Shown in pieces: positions 58,929 through 64,000 of a stretch of 64,000 nucleotides of DNA (positions are counted from its first letter, which is position 1; every line of letters begins with the position of its first letter). Below the pieces are notes generated by a model. The model had not been told where the DNA came from. It did not search any database and saw nothing but the letters and a program-made list of their open reading frames with translations. A program made the translations under genes and the position numbers. The stretch is taken from assembly GCA_050014195.1 (NCBI GenBank), contig JBEKDT010000011.1, positions 1-64,000 of the forward strand, written 5' to 3'. The DNA comes from Desulfomonilia bacterium. Its GTDB lineage: Bacteria; Desulfobacterota; Desulfomonilia; UBA1062.

Positions 58929-60628
58929 ATAACCTCAAGAAACTGGAAAAAAACCGCAAGAAGCTGCTCAGGACCGTTCAACAACCAACCCTTGGCGTAA
59001 TCATGATCGTGAAGAACGAGGAAGCCAGGCTGGGGAACATCCTGTCGGATATTAAAGAGGTGGTGGATGAAATTGTGGTAGTTGATACAGGTTCGTCTGA
59101 TGCCACGGTATCGATCGCCCAGGAGCATGGTGCCAAGGTAGGGTATTTCACGTGGTGTAATGATTTTTCAGCTGCGCGTAATGCTTCGATATCCCTGGCA
59201 ACAGCTGATTACTTATTATGGCTCGACGCCGATGACCGGCTCGACCTCAGTGAAGGCAAGAAACTCTCCACACTCAAGAAGTACCTGCGTTCTGCAAAGG
59301 ACCGTGCTTATATGCTCAAGGTCAACAGCGAGACAAAACAAACCGGTGATAGAGTATGCTTCCAGGTCCGTATCTTTCCCAACCTGCCGGGTCTGCGCTT
59401 TGAAAACAGAATCCATGAGCAGGTCGCTCCCTCAATCGAGCGTGCCGGCATTGTAATAGAGAGTGTCGATATCCTCATCCGTCATACAGGATACCATAAA
59501 ACAGACGACTGTCTGGCCAAATTGAGGCGTAATCTTTCCATCCTCCTTGAGGAGTTAGCAGCGGGCAACGTTACGTCATCACATCGCTTCTTCATTGCCG
59601 CGACCTACTTCGGATTGGGTGAATACGAACAGTGCATTGATCATATTAAGGCCGCCCGAGCGCTGGGTGATTCCCGAAGCTGGCTTAAAGATAGCTATTA
59701 TCTCACATCAGACAGCTACCTTAAACTCGATAGGATCGAAGATGCCCTGGCTGAGCTTGAGCAGGGGGTCGCTGCCTTTCCAGACAGGGGCCTCATGCAT
59801 TACTTGTTGGGCGTTGCATGCCTCAAGGCCGATAAGATCGAAGCCGCCGTTGCCGCCCTAGGAAGGGCGATGCATCTGGGTATCCAGGTGGAGACCTTTT
59901 CCACCCCGGCTTATGTCTACGAACAGCTCCCGTACTATTATGGTGTGGCTCTGCAAAAGGCCGGCCGGTTGCAAGAGGCCGCCGAGGCGTATAAGGCATC
60001 ACTTGCAGTAGAACCAGAGGGTTTGCATGTGATCATGGCGCTGGGCATGGTCCTACTCCAGGCAGGGAAGATTGATGAAGCCCTGTCCCATCTAACTATG
60101 GCCAAGGATATGTCCGCCACTGTCAATGTACCCCTGTGGTTGAGTCTTGCAAAGATCCACCGCAATAGGAAAAGTCCGGAAAAAGCTCATGCACTCTATC
60201 TCGACATCCTCACTGAAACACCTTCAAATCTCCAATGCCTTACCGGTCTCCTCGATACCAGCATCGAGCTGGATAATATCGAGACCTTCCTCAGTGCTCT
60301 CGAACAGCTCCTGCGCACCCTTGACATACCCATACCGGAAGCAGCCATTGACTCGCTTGCCGGATGTGCCGACCTGTGCATGAAAACAGCGTTCCGGCTC
60401 AAGGAGACCGGGGACTATGCCCTGGCCCAGAATCTCGCCGAAATCGCAGTCCGCTTGGATGCATCAAGTCTCGGTGCCCATCTTTTCCTGGCCGATCTGT
60501 TCGCTGAGAAGGGAGACACTCCCCGGATGATTGCGAGTCTCGAGACGGCGCTGAAAAACGGGGCTGATCATGATGAGGTGCTCCGGAGAATCGAACCGGC
60601 CCAACACAACAGCAAGGCGGCATCATGA
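58925..60628 (+). CDS. GT2-TPR glycosyltransferase (paralog)
   Basis: MIVKNEE, VDTGSSD, NDFSAARN, WLDADD, IHEQ, IRHTGY; TPRs; ATGA overlap. Confidence 0.88.
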   Translation: MNNLKKLEKNRKKLLRTVQQPTLGVIMIVKNEEARLGNILSDIKEVVDEIVVVDTGSSDATVSIAQEHGAKVGYFTWCNDFSAARNASISLATADYLLWLDADDRLDLSEGKKLSTLKKYLRSAKDRAYMLKVNSETKQTGDRVCFQVRIFPNLPGLRFENRIHEQVAPSIERAGIVIESVDILIRHTGYHKTDDCLAKLRRNLSILLEELAAGNVTSSHRFFIAATYFGLGEYEQCIDHIKAARALGDSRSWLKDSYYLTSDSYLKLDRIEDALAELEQGVAAFPDRGLMHYLLGVACLKADKIEAAVAALGRAMHLGIQVETFSTPAYVYEQLPYYYGVALQKAGRLQEAAEAYKASLAVEPEGLHVIMALGMVLLQAGKIDEALSHLTMAKDMSATVNVPLWLSLAKIHRNRKSPEKAHALYLDILTETPSNLQCLTGLLDTSIELDNIETFLSALEQLLRTLDIPIPEAAIDSLAGCADLCMKTAFRLKETGDYALAQNLAEIAVRLDASSLGAHLFLADLFAEKGDTPRMIASLETALKNGADHDEVLRRIEPAQHNSKAAS

Positions 60629-60727
60629 TCAATGTCTCTTCCAGGCCGAAATCCGTTAGCAAGAAAGATTTAATAAAAGCTCAGCAACATCCTTCCCGAT
60701 ATCTTCATCACCAATCATCGTAAGCAG

Positions 60728-61195
60728 TCATCTCTTAGCATTCCAGTCCATCAACAGCTTCTTCGCCTCAGCAATCTGTTCCTTTGTCATCTTACCGGTT
60801 ACACTTCTTTTCAATTTCACCGCCTGCGTACTTCCCTGTCGTGAGGCCAGGTAAAGCCACATGTAGGCCAGGACGTAGTTCTGTGGAACACCCTTGCCGA
60901 GCCGGTACATATTCCCAAGCTGCGTCCGGGCCACTGCATTGCCCTGTTGTGCTGCCCTGCTGTACCACTCGGCTGCTTTTGTATAGTTCTGGTTTACGCC
61001 CTGCCCTGTTTCATAGAGATAGGCCACAAATACTTGTGCCTTGGCATCTCCCTGTTCGGCGGGCATAAGATTTTCACGAAATTCCGTGCTGGATGAACTA
61101 TCATCAGGAGTGTAAGCACGTAGGGGTAATGAATGGAAAACAATACAAGCACTGTGGAGGACCACAACCGATACTATGAAAATAATCCTCCTCAT
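60728..61195 (-). CDS. Sel1-like repeat exported protein
   Basis: AEQGDAKAQ..YETGQGV.QNY.KAAEWY..AAQQG; LGNMYRLGKGVPQNY. Confidence 0.9.
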   Translation of the reverse strand: MRRIIFIVSVVVLHSACIVFHSLPLRAYTPDDSSSSTEFRENLMPAEQGDAKAQVFVAYLYETGQGVNQNYTKAAEWYSRAAQQGNAVARTQLGNMYRLGKGVPQNYVLAYMWLYLASRQGSTQAVKLKRSVTGKMTKEQIAEAKKLLMDWNAKR

Positions 61196-61394
61196 CCACT
61201 TACCTCACCAGGAACACCAACAGATAACATTCTTGAAATCTGAGACTCACAATACGGTCAATCCTGTAGCAAGTCAACAGGGTTGAAAGATGATAAGAAT
61301 AACTTATTCATACTACGTTTCACAATGGCTTTATGATAAGGAGTATTTAAAAAGTTGTATTGATTAAGTGTGCGAATTGAATGGGAGGTGAATA

Positions 61395-62879
61395 ATGAAA
61401 ATCTTACGCATAATCTCCATATTTACCATGTACCTGCTTCTCCAAGTCGGGATCTGCCAGGGTATGGAGATTAAAAAAGTCATTCTCTATGACGACCAGG
61501 CATTTGTATGTTTTGGCCGGGAGGTAAGCGGCCATCTCTCCATTGACGCCTCTTCTGAGATTGTGCCGGATTCTTTGATTGTGATACCCGTTGGAGGCGG
61601 TTCTGTACGGTCGGTAAGTGTTGAGCCCTTGCGGACTGTGTCTGGAAAAGTGAAAGACCTCCAGGACTCCCTTGCTAAAAAACTCTTAACCCTTGCCGTG
61701 CTAAAAAGGGATCAGGGAATGTTGGAAAAACAGATAGACATCATCTACGATGCAGCCAGTTCAAAAGGTAAGGCTACCTCTTTTGAAAAGACACGACTGG
61801 CGGATGCGTTAGGATTCATCGAGAGCCGGGTCACTGGTCTGAATAACCGCATCGTGGAACTTACCAGAAAAGAGGAGAAGCTCGAAATCGAGATCAAGGA
61901 CCTGCAGAACCAGCTGACCAAGGTGAGCCGGAACCCGGGATACCAGATAGACATAACAGGAAACGGTCAGGTTGAGATTTCCTATGTCATCAAGGCTGCA
62001 TCTTGGAGGCCCGAGTATAGAGTGTATGCATCACCCGGGGCTTCACAGCTTGTTCTTGAAACCTCCGTGATGGCCAGGCAGATAAGCGGCATGGACTGGG
62101 ACATCAAGGAAATGATCGTATCAACCGGAAGGCCGAGCTTCGGCATCCAGGCCCCTGAACTCCAACCCTGGTATCTCTACAAGACAAAAAGACGCGGGGC
62201 CAAGCTCAAGGCTGAATCCAATGATATGGCACCCTTGGCAAGTGCTGCTCCCCTGCAGGAGGAAGAGACAAAGGTGGAGACCACAGCCACCTCTTACCTC
62301 ATCGGAGCTGCGAAGAACATACATCTGCCCGGCGACGGCACCCCTGCTACGGTCAAGATTGCCAAACTCTCACTCAATGCCGATTTCTCCTTGGTAAGCA
62401 TGCCCAAATACTGTCAGTCAGCTTTTCTTCGGGCCGACTGCACACTCAAGGGGGATGCACCCCTGGCACCTGGAACATATACCTCTTTTGTGGATAATGC
62501 GTTCTCCGGAAGGGGAGAAATGAAGCGCTTTGATCCGGGACAGAAGATCTCTTTAGACCTGGGGGTGGATGAGGGCATGAAGATCGAACGGAAAGAAACC
62601 CAGGCCTTCCATGATAAAACCCTTGGCAATAAGGACAGGGTTACGTATTCCTATGAGATCACCATCGAGAATACCCGCAACCAGAAGGCCTTAGTTACTA
62701 TCAAAGACCAGATCCCTCTCTCACAAGATAAGACCATCAATGTAGACCTCATCAAGACAAACCCTGAAGTGAAACCCGATCAGGACGGCACCCTCACCTG
62801 GGCCTTTGACCTGGAGCCGCATCAAAAAAATAAGGCTGTGTTCTCATTTTCGATCATCGGCAATCACTATAGTCAATAA
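61395..62879 (+). CDS. DUF4140/DUF4139 (MuiA-like) exported protein
   Basis: Signal peptide, coiled coil, ASWRPEY, QISGMDW, STGRP, LGVD, DQIPLS. Confidence 0.82.
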   Translation: MKILRIISIFTMYLLLQVGICQGMEIKKVILYDDQAFVCFGREVSGHLSIDASSEIVPDSLIVIPVGGGSVRSVSVEPLRTVSGKVKDLQDSLAKKLLTLAVLKRDQGMLEKQIDIIYDAASSKGKATSFEKTRLADALGFIESRVTGLNNRIVELTRKEEKLEIEIKDLQNQLTKVSRNPGYQIDITGNGQVEISYVIKAASWRPEYRVYASPGASQLVLETSVMARQISGMDWDIKEMIVSTGRPSFGIQAPELQPWYLYKTKRRGAKLKAESNDMAPLASAAPLQEEETKVETTATSYLIGAAKNIHLPGDGTPATVKIAKLSLNADFSLVSMPKYCQSAFLRADCTLKGDAPLAPGTYTSFVDNAFSGRGEMKRFDPGQKISLDLGVDEGMKIERKETQAFHDKTLGNKDRVTYSYEITIENTRNQKALVTIKDQIPLSQDKTINVDLIKTNPEVKPDQDGTLTWAFDLEPHQKNKAVFSFSIIGNHYSQ

Positions 62880-62937
62880 AGATGTAAGCAGATCTTCCCT
62901 ATAAGTATTGATCTGATAGGGTAGGAATGTTTTGAAT

Positions 62938-63014
62938 TGGTCGGGACGAGAGGATTTGAACCTCCGACCCCCTGAACCCCATTCAGGTGCGCTACCAGAC
63001 TGCGCTACGTCCCG
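62938..63014 (-). tRNA. tRNA-Pro(GGG)
   Basis: CGGGACGTAGCGCAGTCTGGTAGCGCACCTGAATGGGGTTCAGGGGGTCGGAGGTTCAAATCCTCTCGTCCCGACCA; anticodon GGG, T-loop GTTCAAAT, encoded CCA. Confidence 0.96.
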
Positions 63015-63119
63015 AAACCGCCATACTTGCTAGCACAGCCGTATTTGGAGTGTCAAGGACAAGGCGCTTGTTTACGACCAAAACACAACAGGGGAATGGC
63101 ATATATAGAATCTATGATT

Positions 63120-64000
63120 TTAGTTTCTCAGGGCTACATTGTTAACGGACTTGGCAAAGTAGTGTCTCATGACCAATCGGGCGAGCGTATCGGCCTCTAT
63201 CCAGAAATATCTGTCACGAATGAGCAGGCATCCGATGGTGATGGCCTCACCGTTTGTACGGTTCTGCGCATATCCCGCAAACCAGTTACGACGGCCCTGT
63301 GGCTCGTCTCCGTCTATGCTACCGCTCTTGCCCCCGATGGTGAGGTCTCTCAGGACCCGGTCGGATCCGATGTGTCTGAAGGCCTTGGCGACTGTACCGC
63401 ATCGAACCGTACGCTCCATCATATAGGTGAGGTGATGGGCTGCTTCTTCGCTCATGACCTGGGTATGCTCCACGTCTTCAGACCGGATAAGACGGGGAGT
63501 AATCATATTACCGTTGTTTACAGCCGCGCTCACCATCTGTGCCGCATGCACCGGGGAAATCTTGGTCTGCCTGTTAAACCCGCAGGCAAGCTCAGCAAGG
63601 TTGTATTCGTTCTGAGGAAAGAAAATAGTGCTTGGTGTGCATTCTACCTCCTTGAGTGGAGACTTCCAGAACCCCATCTTCATAGCTGTCAGGTATATGG
63701 GTGTCTCGCCGAGGTGGAGCGTTCCGAGCTTGGCAAAGACCACATTGTTAGAGTGTGCAAATGCATCAGCCAGTGTTATGTCTGCAGTCCACCGGTCTTT
63801 CCTGTCGATAAGCTGCTTCTTGTAGAGGGTATGGGCATTACCGGTATAAGAAAAAACGCTCCCGCTGGTGTAGCCACCCTGGTCCATGGCGGCCACGACA
63901 GTAACGAGCTTGAAGATACTCGCTGCATGGTTGGTATCCAGGCAAATACTGCAATCCTGGCCGGTAGACTTCCGGCCGTACATGGCAAGGATATCCCCTG
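63120..64000 (-). CDS. Penicillin-binding protein transpeptidase domain (5' end outside window)
   Basis: Frame open to window edge (GDILAM); SIFK (SxxK), SNN (SxN), KSG. Confidence 0.88.
   Translation of the reverse strand, partial: GDILAMYGRKSTGQDCSICLDTNHAASIFKLVTVVAAMDQGGYTSGSVFSYTGNAHTLYKKQLIDRKDRWTADITLADAFAHSNNVVFAKLGTLHLGETPIYLTAMKMGFWKSPLKEVECTPSTIFFPQNEYNLAELACGFNRQTKISPVHAAQMVSAAVNNGNMITPRLIRSEDVEHTQVMSEEAAHHLTYMMERTVRCGTVAKAFRHIGSDRVLRDLTIGGKSGSIDGDEPQGRRNWFAGYAQNRTNGEAITIGCLLIRDRYFWIEADTLARLVMRHYFAKSVNNVALRN

Noticed and set aside
62938-63014. tRNA-Pro as integration site for the glycan island
   Set aside because: No integrase and no duplicated tRNA 3' end seen in the window
1-64000. 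CRISPR arrays, IS elements, prophage, defence systems
   Set aside because: No repeat-spacer arrays, transposase, phage or defence motifs noticed by eye

Overview
Bacterial chromosomal window. The gene content (CoA transferase-GNAT fusion, BKACE, sigma54/sigma28 flagellar signals) suggests an anaerobe, possibly Desulfobacterota-like; this is inference only. Left part (1-27 kb): an ackA-pta-DUF3141-mgtA operon; a gadB-gadC acid-resistance pair flanked by ppa and rpoH remnants; a small-protein stress operon (BON, frameshifted DUF3096, CsbD, lmo0937-type, cardiolipin synthase); a CoA transferase-GNAT fusion; and a cyclic beta-1,2-glucan synthase. Middle: TetR, BKACE and LysM genes, then fliC-flaG-fliD under a perfect sigma28 promoter. 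Divergent from fliC is a ~24.7 kb, probably sigma54-driven, flagellar glycosylation island. It has pseB/C/G/F/I-like genes but no recognisable pseH or maf. It adds a NeuB-methyltransferase fusion, class III aminotransferase, aldo-keto reductase, radical SAM, FkbM, an SDR/TPP-enzyme/ATP-grasp/GH57 module and four GT2-TPR proteins. Right end: Sel1 protein, DUF4139 protein, tRNA-Pro(GGG) and a partial PBP. Best novelty candidates: the non-canonical nonulosonate tailoring module, and a ~58-bp element shared upstream of gadBC and the stress operon. All calls are from motif recognition by eye; no database searches were run.
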